Virus record (IMG/VR): IMGVR_UViG_3300043603_000010
Coordinates: 26,648-90,647 of that record
Origin: a virus
Taxonomy: Duplodnaviria; Caudoviricetes
Strand: one strand, 5' to 3'
DNA length: 64,000 nt
The notes under the pieces: model-generated
The model's database searches: none
What the model was told of the DNA's origin: nothing
The model's input: only the letters and a program-made list of their open reading frames with translations
Made by a program: the position numbers and the translations under genes
Shown: piece by piece, positions 1 through 9,998 of the stretch
Position numbering within the stretch: position 1 is the first letter of the stretch
Layout of the letters: each line of letters starts with the position of its first letter

Positions 1-81
1 GCGGTCAATCCGAACAGCCTCACCCAGCGGGCCCGGACGTACAGCGTCGACCACCGCCCCGTGCGCAGGGCCGGATCATGA
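1..81 (+). CDS. 3' end of probable head-to-tail adaptor (truncated by window)
   Basis: Frame 1 reads AVNPNSLTQRARTYSVDHRPVRRAGS*, resembling the C-terminus of actinophage head-tail adaptors; lies upstream of tail genes. Confidence 0.5.
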   Translation, partial: AVNPNSLTQRARTYSVDHRPVRRAGS

Positions 82-224
82 GGGCCGCCTGGAAGCGCTG
101 GCGTTACCGGCGGGCGCAGTGCAGCTGGGAGGTCTTCCTCTTCAACTACGGCACGATCGGGAAGTGGATCCAGGTCCGGGACCTGAACAGCATGACCGGC
201 GTCTGGAAGAAGTGGCCGCTGTGA
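78..224 (+). CDS. small hypothetical protein (48 aa)
   Basis: ATGA overlap with upstream stop and GTGA overlap with downstream start; MRAAWKRWRYRR... Confidence 0.55.
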   Translation: MRAAWKRWRYRRAQCSWEVFLFNYGTIGKWIQVRDLNSMTGVWKKWPL

Positions 225-730
225 CGACACCGCTCCGGGGACCGCTGAAGTGGTACACCGTCATGGCGTGGATCAGGGATGCGGTGAACGCGGCCCTGGT
301 CCCGGCTGTGCCGTCGGCAACGGTCGTCCCCGGCGCCATCGCCTGGGACAGCGCGGACTGCGGGGCGCTGTACGTGTCGGCAGTCCGCTACTACCACAGC
401 AACGAGTTCCCCGACATCGTGGCCTTGCCGACAGGCAACTGCGACGCCAGCTGGGATGCGGCGGAGATCGTGGTCCAGGTGGTGCGCTGCGTCAACGGGC
501 CGGACGGCTCGCAGTCGATCGCTCCACCCCGAGGCGCGCTGGACGGTGCGGCACAGCAGATCGCGTCGGACGCCTGGTACATGATGACGTCGGTCACCGC
601 TCTGCTGTGCCAGCTGGAGGAACAGGGAACAATCGGGTACTACCTGCTCGGGGAGACGATCCCGCTCGGGCCGACCGGAGCCAACGGCGGCACGGACCTG
701 CGCGTGGTTATTGGAATCTCCCGTGGGTAG
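221..730 (+). CDS. tail terminator-like virion protein
   Basis: GTG start overlapping upstream stop; PGAIAWDSADCGALYV and C-terminal GPTGANGG motif; position in the connector module. Confidence 0.6.
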   Translation: MTTPLRGPLKWYTVMAWIRDAVNAALVPAVPSATVVPGAIAWDSADCGALYVSAVRYYHSNEFPDIVALPTGNCDASWDAAEIVVQVVRCVNGPDGSQSIAPPRGALDGAAQQIASDAWYMMTSVTALLCQLEEQGTIGYYLLGETIPLGPTGANGGTDLRVVIGISRG

Positions 731-1106
731 CGTCACGCAGATCAAGATTGACCAGGTGGCGGTCCGCAACATGTTCCGCAGTCCGACCGGCATGGTCGGC
801 AGGCGGCTCATCGCGCAGGGCAAGGAGATCGAGCGGCTGGCTTCCGAGAAGGCGGCGAAGCACAACATGCGGGACTGGGTGCACTCCACCCCGCTGCCGT
901 CGCTGTACGGAGTTAACGTCCTGATCTACTGCGACCACCCGGCGGCCGTCTACGTCCTGGGCGGCACGCGTCCCCATGACATCCACTACACGAAGCCCCA
1001 GGCTCTTCAGTTCAAGGTCGGTTGGCGCACGGTGACCGTGGTCCACCACCCCGGGTACCGTGGCGATAATTTTCTCAAGACAGCGATGGAGGAGGCCCGG
1101 ATCTGA
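723..1106 (+). CDS. HK97 gp10-like neck/tail-completion protein
   Basis: Basic protein with GTRPHDI and VHHPG motifs typical of actinophage gp10-like proteins; synteny. Confidence 0.65.
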   Translation: MGSVTQIKIDQVAVRNMFRSPTGMVGRRLIAQGKEIERLASEKAAKHNMRDWVHSTPLPSLYGVNVLIYCDHPAAVYVLGGTRPHDIHYTKPQALQFKVGWRTVTVVHHPGYRGDNFLKTAMEEARI

Positions 1107-1148
1107 CTCCGGACGGATCTTGGTAGGAGCACGTCTAGCCTGGCCCGT

Positions 1149-1580
1149 ATGGCGAAGAAGGATTTCAGTAAGAAGCGTGAGCGGATCAGTTTCGAGATCG
1201 ACGGTGAGGACTTCGAAGCTGCGGAAGCGATCCCGGCCGACGACCTGGCGCGCGTGGTGACCATGCTGAACAGCGTCGATCCCAACGTGGCCACACCTAC
1301 CGAGCAGGTGGAGGCCTTCAAGTCGTTCATGGAGACATGCCTGTTCCCGGAGTCGTACGAGCGGTTCGCCTACCGGATGGGCAACAAGGCCAACCCGATC
1401 GACCTGGACCAGGTGAACGACATCTCCACTTGGATAGTCGAGCAGTACGGGATGCGCCCTACCAAGCCGTCTGCCGACTCGTCCAGTGGGCCACCCAGCC
1501 TGGCGTCTGGCATGTCCTCGACGGTAGAACCGCAGGTCGTAGTGTCGACTTCGGAGCCCTCCCTTTCGACCGCTTCCTGA
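1149..1580 (+). CDS. tail assembly chaperone (G)
   Basis: AGGAG upstream; FEIDGEDFEA N-terminus, EQYGMRPT motif and Ser-rich tail; directly upstream of tape measure. Confidence 0.8.
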   Translation: MAKKDFSKKRERISFEIDGEDFEAAEAIPADDLARVVTMLNSVDPNVATPTEQVEAFKSFMETCLFPESYERFAYRMGNKANPIDLDQVNDISTWIVEQYGMRPTKPSADSSSGPPSLASGMSSTVEPQVVVSTSEPSLSTAS

Positions 1581-1807
1581 ACTTCGTCTACGCGGAAATG
1601 CTGGAAGGCCTTCAGGCCAAAGAGGGCCAGACCATGGAGGACGCGGTGCGCCAGTTCGACGCAGAGCTGCTGGTCTCCTCCTGGCGCGTCTTCCCCGGCC
1701 AGGATGAGCCGGACACTGGGGACCGGGACCCGAACGCCCCGTACTGGTGGACGTCGGACGAAGACGCGTCCGCCAGCTTCCTCGCGGCCGTGGGCCAGGT
1801 GCTCTGA
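1456..1807 (+). CDS. tail assembly chaperone T segment (probably expressed as a G-T frameshift fusion)
   Basis: -1 frame ORF overlapping G, reading PYQAVCRLVQWA...DFGALPFDRFLNFVY...; no clear RBS; stop overlaps TMP start; 5' boundary approximate. Confidence 0.6.
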
Positions 1808-4800
1808 TGATCAGCCTGGGGCGCGGGACGCTGCTCGGGATGGGCTACATCCGGATCTCCGCAGACACCTCTGCGGCGGAGGGGTCGCTGGGCCTGCTCA
1901 GCAAGGCCGCTGCCGGGACCGTGCTGGCTGTCGCGGCTATCGGGATAACCACCACGGTCATGGCAGCGAACTTCAACAAGGACATGTTGAAGATCAGCAC
2001 GCAGGCGGGCGGCACGTCCCAGGACGTGAAGACCCTGTCCAAGGACGTTCTGAACATGAAGAACGTCCAGCAGGGGCCGGACCAGCTGGCCGAATCGCTG
2101 TACCACCTCAAGTCGATCGGGCTGGGCAACGCCGACGCGATGAAGGACCTCCGGGTCGCCTCCGACCTGGCGGCCGTCGGCGGCTCGAACCTGGAGGCGA
2201 CCACCAACGCGCTGGGCGGCGCGTGGCGCTCCGGTATCAAGGGCGCCGCCACCTTCGCCCAGTCGGCCGCCACGGTGAATGCGATCATCGGCGCGGGCAA
2301 CATGCGGATGGAGGACTTCGTTGCGGCCATCGGCACCGGCATCCTCCCAGCCGCGAAGACGTTCGGCGTCTCGCTGTCCTCCATGGGCAGCGCTCTCGCG
2401 CTGATGACGGACGAAGGCATCCCGGCCACCGACGCGGCCACCCGGCTGAAGATGTCGCTCTCCCTGCTCGCGGCTCCCAGCAACGTAGCGAGCAAGCAGC
2501 TTGCGAAGATCGGTCTGACCGGTCTCCAGCTGGCGAACGAGATGCGTTCCCCGGCCGGGCTGGTCGGCGCCATCGGACTGCTGAAGAGCCACCTGGACGC
2601 GTCCGGCATGAGCCTGTCCGAACAGGCCATTTTGCTGAGCCACGCGTTCGGCGGCGGCCGGTCGTCGTCGGCCATCCTGACAATGATCAACAATTACGAC
2701 GTCCTGGTGAAGAAGCAGAGCCAGATCAACAACTCGCTGGGGAACTTCTCGGCAGCCGTGGCCGCGCAGCGGGCCACCGTGTCGGCGCAGCTGAAGATCC
2801 TGGAGTCCAGCTTGGAGGCGACCGGGATAAAGATCGGTGAGTTCCTGATCCCGCCGGTCACCAAGTTCATGACCTTCCTGAACTCGACCGCCATCCCCGG
2901 GATCGAGAAGTTCAGCGGCTACCTGTTCCATCTGGTACCGGTCGACCGGATCAAGTCCGACTTCGGCACGGTGTCCGGGATCATCGGCCAGTTCTACGAC
3001 GGACTGGTAGGGAAGAAGCAAGCGGCGTCCAAGCAGGCCGGGCCGACCATCCTGCCCTGGTCCACGATGGGGACCGGACTGGCGTCCGGCGGTGTCGGGT
3101 CTCTCGCGCAGCAGCTGATGGGTTCCCAGGTACCGAAGTTCCTGGGGAACGCCACCTCTTCCGGCCGGAGCAACAGTCAGCTGCTGAACAGCCAGCTCCC
3201 CAGCGCGCTGTCCGCCGGGTATGCGGTGTCCGCCGGACCGAAGTCGGCTGCGGCCGGGCAGTCGATGGTGGCTCAGGTCCCCGGGTCGAAGTACATCCCA
3301 GCGGTAGCGGCCAAGCCGCCGGACCCGTCCGTCTGGGTCAAGTTCGGCATCGCCATCGCCGGGGCCGGACTCCAGATCCTGGGCCTGGCCAAGTCCCTCG
3401 CCGTCTCACTGCTGCCCCCGATCACGAAGATCGTCGTCCTCATCGCGACCGACTTCCTCCCGGTCGTGATCAAGCTTGCCCTGATGGCGCTCCCCTACCT
3501 GGTCACCGCGTTGAAGGGGGTCGGTATCGCACTGGGCGCCGTACTGGGCTTCCTGGTCAACATAGGCCCCTGGTTCCAGTCGCTGGGCGGCTGGGGCGCC
3601 CTGCTGATCGCTGTCGCCACTCCGCTGGCTCTCCTGGTCGGGACACTGGGAACGTTCAAGCTCCTGGCCATGGGCCTGTCACTGGCGGAGAGGGGAGTGG
3701 AGCTGGCCACGCTCGCCTGGGGCAAGGCGCAGATGCTGTTGAACATCGTCACCGAGGCGAACCCGTTCGTCCTGGTGGCCACTGCTGTGATCGCGCTCGG
3801 TCTGGCCTTCTACTACGCGTACACGCACAGTAAGACCTTCCGCGACATCGTCCAGGACACGTTCCACGGGATCAAGACCGTAGCCCTGGACGTCTTCGGC
3901 TTCCTGACCCACGGGCTCGGCCAGTTCACTTTGCTGCTGCTCGGACCGATCGGCGTGCTCCTGCTGCTGGCCGTCCACTGGCGCGGCACCTGGACTGTGA
4001 TGAAGGACACCGCGCTGGCCGTCGCCGGATGGTTCGCGGGCCCCTTCGTCGGCTTCTTCCTGTCCATCGGACGCTGGTTCACCGGCCCCTTCGTCGGCTT
4101 CTTCCTGTCCATCGGACGCTGGTTCACCGGCCCCTTCGTCGGCTTCTTCATGACCATCGGATCATGGTTCAGCGGCCCCTTCGTCGGCTTCTTCATGACC
4201 ATCGGACGCTGGTTCAGCGGCCCCTTCGTCGGCTTCTTCATGACCATCGGACGCTGGTTCAGCGGCCCCTTCGTCGGCTTCTTCATGACCATCGGACGCT
4301 GGTTCAGCGGCCCCTTCGTCGGCTTCTTCCAGTCCATGTGGAACGTGATCCAGGGCGTACTCCGGTTCCTGGTCAACGGCTTCCTGTCGATGGCGTCCAC
4401 GGTCATCCATGCAGCGGCTGACATGTTCGGCTGGGTGCCCGGGATCGGCGGCAAGCTGAAGTCCGCTGCGAAGCAGTTCGACATCTTCCGGGACAGCGTC
4501 AACGCGGCCCTGGGCGGGGTCAACGGGAAGAACGTCCAGGTCAACGTGGGCTTCACGGCAGGCCAGGTGCACGGCAAGGCTGTAGCGGTCTTCGCCACCG
4601 GCGGTCCGGTCTTCGGCGCGGGCACTACTACGTCGGACTCCATTCCGGCCCGGTTGTCCAACGATGAGCACGTGTGGACGTCGGCGGAGGTGCACGGCGC
4701 GGGCGGGCACGGCGCGGTCACCGCCATGCGCAGGCAGGCGCTCGGGTACGCCAGGGGCGGCCCGGTGGGGATCTCCGTCGGCGGTTCGCGCACCACGCCG

Positions 4801-5481
4801 TCCGCTGTCGGGGCAGCGGTGTCCCAGAGCATCACCGACCTGGTGGCAGCCAACATCAACGCCCTGGCCAAGGCAGTCAAGGACGCTACTGCCGCCGCAG
4901 CGGCAGCCGCTGCGGCAGCGTCCGGTTCGGCCGCCCTGAACAACTCCGGCGGCTTCTCCGGCGCTGCTGTCGGCGCGGCGCAGCAGTACGCGCAGTCCCT
5001 GCTGGGTCGGTTCTTCTGGAGCGGCGACCAGATGGGGCCGCTGATCAAGCTCTGGAACCAGGAGTCCGGCTGGAACCCGTACGCGGTCAACCCGTCATCG
5101 GGCGCCTACGGGATTCCGCAGGCGCTGGGGCACGGCCACCCCTACAACCTGGGGGACTACAAAGCGCAGATCCTCTGGGGGCTCCAGTACATCGCGGGCC
5201 GGTACGGCTCCCCGGGCGCGGCCTGGCAGCACGAGATGGCGAACAACTGGTACGACACCGGCGGCTGGCTGCCGACCGGGACCAGCATTGCCCACAACGG
5301 CACCGGGCGCCCGGAACGGGTGGTCGGACCCGGCGGTGCGGGAGCAGGCGGGGACGTCCACATCCACGTGCACAACCACGGAGTGATCGGCAGCCAGCGC
5401 GAGACGGAGAACTGGCTGGTGGCCTCCCTGGTCGGTGCCAAGCGCAACGGCCGCCTGCGCACGATCATCCCGGGGACGTGA
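1807..5481 (+). CDS. tape measure protein (TP901-like core) with C-terminal lytic transglycosylase
   Basis: ~1224 aa Ala/Gly-rich; TP901-type N-terminal region; C-terminal LWNQESGWNPYAVNPSSGAYGIPQAL...YIAGRYGSP SLT-like motif. Confidence 0.95.
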   Translation: MISLGRGTLLGMGYIRISADTSAAEGSLGLLSKAAAGTVLAVAAIGITTTVMAANFNKDMLKISTQAGGTSQDVKTLSKDVLNMKNVQQGPDQLAESLYHLKSIGLGNADAMKDLRVASDLAAVGGSNLEATTNALGGAWRSGIKGAATFAQSAATVNAIIGAGNMRMEDFVAAIGTGILPAAKTFGVSLSSMGSALALMTDEGIPATDAATRLKMSLSLLAAPSNVASKQLAKIGLTGLQLANEMRSPAGLVGAIGLLKSHLDASGMSLSEQAILLSHAFGGGRSSSAILTMINNYDVLVKKQSQINNSLGNFSAAVAAQRATVSAQLKILESSLEATGIKIGEFLIPPVTKFMTFLNSTAIPGIEKFSGYLFHLVPVDRIKSDFGTVSGIIGQFYDGLVGKKQAASKQAGPTILPWSTMGTGLASGGVGSLAQQLMGSQVPKFLGNATSSGRSNSQLLNSQLPSALSAGYAVSAGPKSAAAGQSMVAQVPGSKYIPAVAAKPPDPSVWVKFGIAIAGAGLQILGLAKSLAVSLLPPITKIVVLIATDFLPVVIKLALMALPYLVTALKGVGIALGAVLGFLVNIGPWFQSLGGWGALLIAVATPLALLVGTLGTFKLLAMGLSLAERGVELATLAWGKAQMLLNIVTEANPFVLVATAVIALGLAFYYAYTHSKTFRDIVQDTFHGIKTVALDVFGFLTHGLGQFTLLLLGPIGVLLLLAVHWRGTWTVMKDTALAVAGWFAGPFVGFFLSIGRWFTGPFVGFFLSIGRWFTGPFVGFFMTIGSWFSGPFVGFFMTIGRWFSGPFVGFFMTIGRWFSGPFVGFFMTIGRWFSGPFVGFFQSMWNVIQGVLRFLVNGFLSMASTVIHAAADMFGWVPGIGGKLKSAAKQFDIFRDSVNAALGGVNGKNVQVNVGFTAGQVHGKAVAVFATGGPVFGAGTTTSDSIPARLSNDEHVWTSAEVHGAGGHGAVTAMRRQALGYARGGPVGISVGGSRTTPSAVGAAVSQSITDLVAANINALAKAVKDATAAAAAAAAAASGSAALNNSGGFSGAAVGAAQQYAQSLLGRFFWSGDQMGPLIKLWNQESGWNPYAVNPSSGAYGIPQALGHGHPYNLGDYKAQILWGLQYIAGRYGSPGAAWQHEMANNWYDTGGWLPTGTSIAHNGTGRPERVVGPGGAGAGGDVHIHVHNHGVIGSQRETENWLVASLVGAKRNGRLRTIIPGT
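4030..4329 (+). repeat. 45-bp (15-aa) tandem repeat, ~6.7 copies, inside tape measure
   Basis: WF[AST]GPFVGFF[LM][ST]IG[RS] units starting at 4030, 4075, 4120, 4165, 4210, 4255, 4300. Confidence 0.95.
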
Positions 5482-5484
5482 GCC

Positions 5485-8346
5485 GTGGCCATCGGAGTCC
5501 GCAGTTCGCCCGCCACCGGGACCAACACCGGCGGCGGTGCTGTCGCTGTGCCGACCCCGCCGTCCTTCGCGGCCGGGGACCTCCTGGTCATGGTCCTGCT
5601 CCAGGACGGCAACAGCAACGAGACCGCTCCGTCCGGGTGGACCCGGCGGGCCCGGGACAACGCGGGGTCCTCCGGCGGTCCGGTCGCCTCTCCGCACGCC
5701 GTGGTCTACACGAAGATCGCAACCGGGTCCGAGGGGGCTTCGGTCTCCGTCACCTACTCCAGCGCGTCCTGGCCGTCCGGCAACGCGAACGTGCTCGGAT
5801 TCATGTGCGGCTACACCGGGACCAACACGTCATCCCCGGTGGAAGTGGTCGCCACCGACAGCGACTCGGCACCGGCGAGCGCGGCGCAGGTGCACCCGCA
5901 GCTGACTACGTCGGTGGCCAATGACTGGCTGATCACCGTCCGGTTCGGCTCCGGGTCCGGCACGCCGACCACCACCTGCTCCGTGGGTACCGACGTCGAA
6001 CGCAAGGACGCCACCTTCAGCGAGCTGAACCTGGCCTACTACGACAGCAACACCGCGCTGTCGGCCGGGACCCAGACCCAGCGCACCACGACCACCAGCG
6101 CCCCGAACGACGACGGCGCGGTCATGTTCTCCCTGGCGATCAAGCCCGCCACCGGGGCGGCTGCGGCCACCGCGTTCCCGTCCACAGCGGCAGCCACCGG
6201 TACCGCGTCCGGTGCTTCGTCCGCCACCGTGGCCGGAGGCTGGTCCACGGTCTGCGGCACCGGGTCCGCGCCGTTCTACACCTGGGCGGTGGACTGGGCG
6301 CAGTCCGGCATGACTGCGGCCGGGAAGATCCTGAGCACCAACGGCTACCTGGACAGCGGGGACCTCACCGGATGGGCCGCGTCCAACTCCGTGGTGTCCT
6401 ACGCCTACGTCCCGGTCGGCCAGCGGCTGCTGCGCACCTTCACCGTGGTCCCTAACGGGTCCTCCGCCTCCGGCGGGGTCAACGACAGCGCGCCCGCGCC
6501 CGGGGTCACCGCCGGGAACTCCTATATCGCGGACTGCTGGGTCTACTCCGCACAGGGCTGGTCCGACGTGCGCGCCTGTGTCGACTGGTACACCGCCGGA
6601 GGCGTCTTCGTCAGCTCCGGACTCGGGTCGGCCACCGTGCTGTCCGCCGGAGTGTGGACGCACCTGCGGCAGACCCTGGTGGCTCCGGCGACAGCCTCGC
6701 AGAGCCTGGTGCGCTTCCGCTGGGGCAGCACTCCGCCGTCGTCCACGGTCTTCTCCGTGTGGGGCGTCCTGCTGATGGACCCCACCCTGACGGAGACCCG
6801 GATGACCCCGGACGCCACCGCCGTGGTCCAGGGGGACATCCTGGACGGGGGCGCCGCCGGATCGGTCACCGCCACGTGGGGCCGGGACCAGTTCCGGCCG
6901 CTGTCCCCGGCCGCGCTGGGCACCGGCGCCACCGCGCTGACCAACAAGGACCGGGTGTACTCGCCGGACTGGCCCACGTCCCCGCTGGCGGGCGACCAGG
7001 ACGCGGCCCGCCCGGTGCAGGGGCAGGTCGTCTTCAACGGCACCGTCTACCCGCTGTTCTTCGGCTACCTGGACGACTACACCGTGACGGTGTCCCGCAG
7101 CAACCGCTCGGTGGCGCTGTCCTTCCAGGACGGCCTGTCGCGGGCCCAGAACACGGCGGTGTCCACTGCGCTCTACCAGGGCATCCGGACCGGGGACGCG
7201 GTCAACGTGATCCTGGACGCCATCCACTGGCCGGGGCCGCGCGACATCGACCCCGGCGGCACGGTGATGCCGTACTGGTGGCTGGAGAACACCCTGGTCC
7301 CCACAGCGCTGGACGACCTGGTCCGGTCCGAGGGGACGCCCGCCATCGCCTACCCGGCGCCGGACGGGACGTTCGTCTTCCGCGACCGGCACCACCGGCT
7401 GCTGCGCCCGCAGTCGCTGGTCGTCCAGGAATCCTACGCAGCCGGGGAGCTGGGCGTCTGCGGTACGACCCCACCGGCAGGACTGTCCTTCTCGGAGCCG
7501 TTCACCTACGCCCACGGCTGGAAGGACATCGTCAACAGCGTGTCCTTCAGCGTCGGCGAGCGGGCTCCCAGTGCGGACGTCTCCGCTGTCTGGACGTCGA
7601 ACACGCCGGTGTCGGTGCAGGCCGGGCAGACCGTCCTGGTCCAGGTGTCGGCTTCGGACCCGTTCATCGACCCGCTGGTCCCGGTGGCCGGGACCGACTT
7701 CACCGTTACGGCGGGCGGCACGGTCAACGCCGGTCTGACCAGCGTCAACGCGCAGTCCGCGACGATCACTCTCCAGGCGGTGGGCAGCGACGCCACCGTG
7801 TCCGGGCTCCAGCTGCGTGCCACCGCCGTCCCGGTGGCCAGCACGGTGACCATCAGCGCACAGGACACCGCGTCGATCTCCCAGCACGGGCAGCAGAACT
7901 ACCCGAACACCGTGCCGTGGGCGGGCTACGCCGACGCGCAGGCCGTGGCGCAGCTGATCATCAACAGGTACGCGCAGCGGCGCCCCACGGTCCAGCTCAC
8001 GGTGGAGTCCTCGGACCCGCAGCATTTCGCCGCTGTGGTCGGCACCGAGATCTCCGACCTGGTCAACATCGAGCATGACGAGATGGGTCTGGACAGCCCG
8101 TTCTATGTCGAGCACATCGCCCACGCGGTGAGCCGGATGAACCCCCCGGGGCAGCCCCCGGTGCACCTGGTGACCCTGGGCTGTGAGGAGCAGGGCGGCG
8201 CGACCGGGAACCCCTTCACCTTCGACCAGCGCGGTGCCGGGTTCGACGACGGCGAGTTCGGCAGCGGTGCCGACACACCGGATACAGTCTTCATATTCGA
8301 TGATCCGGTCCAGGGCCGGTTCGATTACGGATTGCTGGGGACGTGA
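5485..8346 (+). CDS. minor tail protein (N-terminal beta-rich domain, carbohydrate-binding-like domain, hub-like domain)
   Basis: 953 aa Thr/Ser/Gly-rich, directly after TMP; internal CBM4/9-like stretch (YIADCWVYS...VDWYTAGG...WTHLRQT); hub-like C-terminal half. Confidence 0.8.
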   Translation: MAIGVRSSPATGTNTGGGAVAVPTPPSFAAGDLLVMVLLQDGNSNETAPSGWTRRARDNAGSSGGPVASPHAVVYTKIATGSEGASVSVTYSSASWPSGNANVLGFMCGYTGTNTSSPVEVVATDSDSAPASAAQVHPQLTTSVANDWLITVRFGSGSGTPTTTCSVGTDVERKDATFSELNLAYYDSNTALSAGTQTQRTTTTSAPNDDGAVMFSLAIKPATGAAAATAFPSTAAATGTASGASSATVAGGWSTVCGTGSAPFYTWAVDWAQSGMTAAGKILSTNGYLDSGDLTGWAASNSVVSYAYVPVGQRLLRTFTVVPNGSSASGGVNDSAPAPGVTAGNSYIADCWVYSAQGWSDVRACVDWYTAGGVFVSSGLGSATVLSAGVWTHLRQTLVAPATASQSLVRFRWGSTPPSSTVFSVWGVLLMDPTLTETRMTPDATAVVQGDILDGGAAGSVTATWGRDQFRPLSPAALGTGATALTNKDRVYSPDWPTSPLAGDQDAARPVQGQVVFNGTVYPLFFGYLDDYTVTVSRSNRSVALSFQDGLSRAQNTAVSTALYQGIRTGDAVNVILDAIHWPGPRDIDPGGTVMPYWWLENTLVPTALDDLVRSEGTPAIAYPAPDGTFVFRDRHHRLLRPQSLVVQESYAAGELGVCGTTPPAGLSFSEPFTYAHGWKDIVNSVSFSVGERAPSADVSAVWTSNTPVSVQAGQTVLVQVSASDPFIDPLVPVAGTDFTVTAGGTVNAGLTSVNAQSATITLQAVGSDATVSGLQLRATAVPVASTVTISAQDTASISQHGQQNYPNTVPWAGYADAQAVAQLIINRYAQRRPTVQLTVESSDPQHFAAVVGTEISDLVNIEHDEMGLDSPFYVEHIAHAVSRMNPPGQPPVHLVTLGCEEQGGATGNPFTFDQRGAGFDDGEFGSGADTPDTVFIFDDPVQGRFDYGLLGT

Positions 8347-8717
8347 GCATGAGCAGCCAGGCGCGAGCGTACGTCTACGGCGGTGACTGGGTCGCCGACT
8401 GCCCTTATCCCTTCTGCTACAGCACGGACTTCCTGTTCGCCCTGCGGCACCCGGGACGCCCGCACGGGCCGAACAACCCGCGCGAGGCACGCAAAACCGT
8501 CTTCCTGTGCTCGAACTGCCAGCAGCTGGCGGAGATCGACTGGCCTCCGGACTCGGTGATGGGCGGGATCATGTCGGTCCTGGCGCTGCGGCCGGTGCCC
8601 GGGACGCGCAACTGGTACCCGAAGGACCACGACGTGGCCGTCCGCTTCCATGTCGAGCACGGGCAGACTGTGGAAGAGTTGCGCGAGGAGAACGAAGCCC
8701 ACGGAGTAGCGGTCTGA
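8343..8717 (+). CDS. hypothetical protein with CxxC motifs
   Basis: GTGA coupling; ADCPYPFC and CSNC motifs; tail-module position. Confidence 0.7.
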   Translation: MSMSSQARAYVYGGDWVADCPYPFCYSTDFLFALRHPGRPHGPNNPREARKTVFLCSNCQQLAEIDWPPDSVMGGIMSVLALRPVPGTRNWYPKDHDVAVRFHVEHGQTVEELREENEAHGVAV

Positions 8718-9019
8718 TGGAGCTGATCAACCACGGGCTGCTCCAGTACGGAGCTGTCGGCATCCTGGCCATCGTGGGCGGCCTGGTCTCGAAGATGCTG
8801 TTCGAGAGGTGGAGCAAGGCGCAGGCGGCGGAGGTGGAGCGGATGGTCCAGGCGCTGGACCGGGAGACCAAGCGGGCTGACCGGCTGGAAACAGAACTGG
8901 GACGACTCAACGAGGCGGTACGTGGTGGCTACGTGGACGCGATCACCCGGGCTACGCAGGCGACCACTGAGGCGGCCAATGCCGTTGCTCTCGCCCTGGC
9001 CACGGTCCGCCGGAGCTGA
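8717..9019 (+). CDS. membrane protein with coiled coil (possible holin/lysis accessory)
   Basis: ATG overlaps upstream TGA; N-terminal TM segment LLQYGAVGILAIVGGLV then heptad-like region. Confidence 0.65.
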   Translation: MELINHGLLQYGAVGILAIVGGLVSKMLFERWSKAQAAEVERMVQALDRETKRADRLETELGRLNEAVRGGYVDAITRATQATTEAANAVALALATVRRS

Positions 9020-9023
9020 TCAC

Positions 9024-9239
9024 ATGTCGAACCGGCCCAGCCCGGTGGATCGCATGGTTGCGGAGTCCGAGCGGCTCCGGCGGGAACTGGCGCGGCTGCG
9101 CGATGAGCTGCTGCGCACGGCCGACTCGCTGACCACCGAGGCGGCCCGGCTGCGGGTGGAAGCGGAAGCAGTCCGTGAAGCGCAGGGTGCCGGTGAAGAG
9201 GAGGGTGAGGACGGTGACGGAACCGGTCGGGGGGCCTGA
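9024..9239 (+). CDS. coiled-coil hypothetical protein
   Basis: ATG 4 nt after upstream stop; heptad-rich. Confidence 0.6.
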   Translation: MSNRPSPVDRMVAESERLRRELARLRDELLRTADSLTTEAARLRVEAEAVREAQGAGEEEGEDGDGTGRGA

Positions 9240-9702
9240 ACCGGAGACGGCTGAGCAGCGCAGTATCCGACTGGCGGCTGCGGCGACAGCTCTGGTTGCC
9301 GAACTGGAGGAGTTCAGCGACGACGCGGGAGTCCAGTTCGTCACTCTGGCCAAGCGGGCACAGCAGAACCGGGTGCTGATCTGGATCGGTCTGGTCTTGG
9401 TCGCTCTGGGCATTGGTTTGTCGGTGGTGGTAGGGCTGACCGTGCTCCAGGTCCAGGACAACAGCCGGACGAACAGCGAACTCACACACCGGCTGGACGT
9501 CAGTCAGACCGTCACCCGGAAGAACACGCTGTGCCCGCTGTACATCCTGCTGCGGGCCGGAGACACCAAGGCCGCGCGCGACGCCTCCAAGGACAAGGCT
9601 GCGTTCGACAAGTCGTACATGGTGATCAACCAGGGGTACGCGGCCCTGAACTGCCAGGAGTTCACACCCTCACCGGTTCCCTCTCCCACCGCCGCGCCGT
9701 AG
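9214..9702 (+). CDS. membrane protein (spanin-like/lysis accessory candidate)
   Basis: GAGGAG upstream of GTG; one TM helix VLIWIGLVLVALGIGLSVVVGLTV; two Cys in the external domain. Confidence 0.65.
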   Translation: MTEPVGGPEPETAEQRSIRLAAAATALVAELEEFSDDAGVQFVTLAKRAQQNRVLIWIGLVLVALGIGLSVVVGLTVLQVQDNSRTNSELTHRLDVSQTVTRKNTLCPLYILLRAGDTKAARDASKDKAAFDKSYMVINQGYAALNCQEFTPSPVPSPTAAP

Positions 9703-9769
9703 CTCCGGCAGGGGGTGCGCCGTCCGGGTGGCACGATGGGCGGCAACGGACTCCCGGAGGAGCGGACCC

Positions 9770-9964
9770 ATGTCCCAGCTGGCGGCATCACTCGAACAGA
9801 CCATCGCGGCGGCCCGTGCAGCGGCCAAGGAGCACGTGGACGCGGCCACGGCGGGACTGGTGGCGCGGATCGAGGAACTGGAAGCCAAAGTGGACCAGCT
9901 GCTGGTCCCGGACAAGGCACCGGCGGCCCGGTCCGCACGCGCCAAGAGCGCCCCCACCCCCTGA
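9770..9964 (+). CDS. small coiled-coil protein
   Basis: GGAGGAG upstream of ATG 9770. Confidence 0.65.
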   Translation: MSQLAASLEQTIAAARAAAKEHVDAATAGLVARIEELEAKVDQLLVPDKAPAARSARAKSAPTP

Positions 9965-9998
9965 CTGACCCGGCGCAGCCAGAGAGGGCGTGGTCCGT

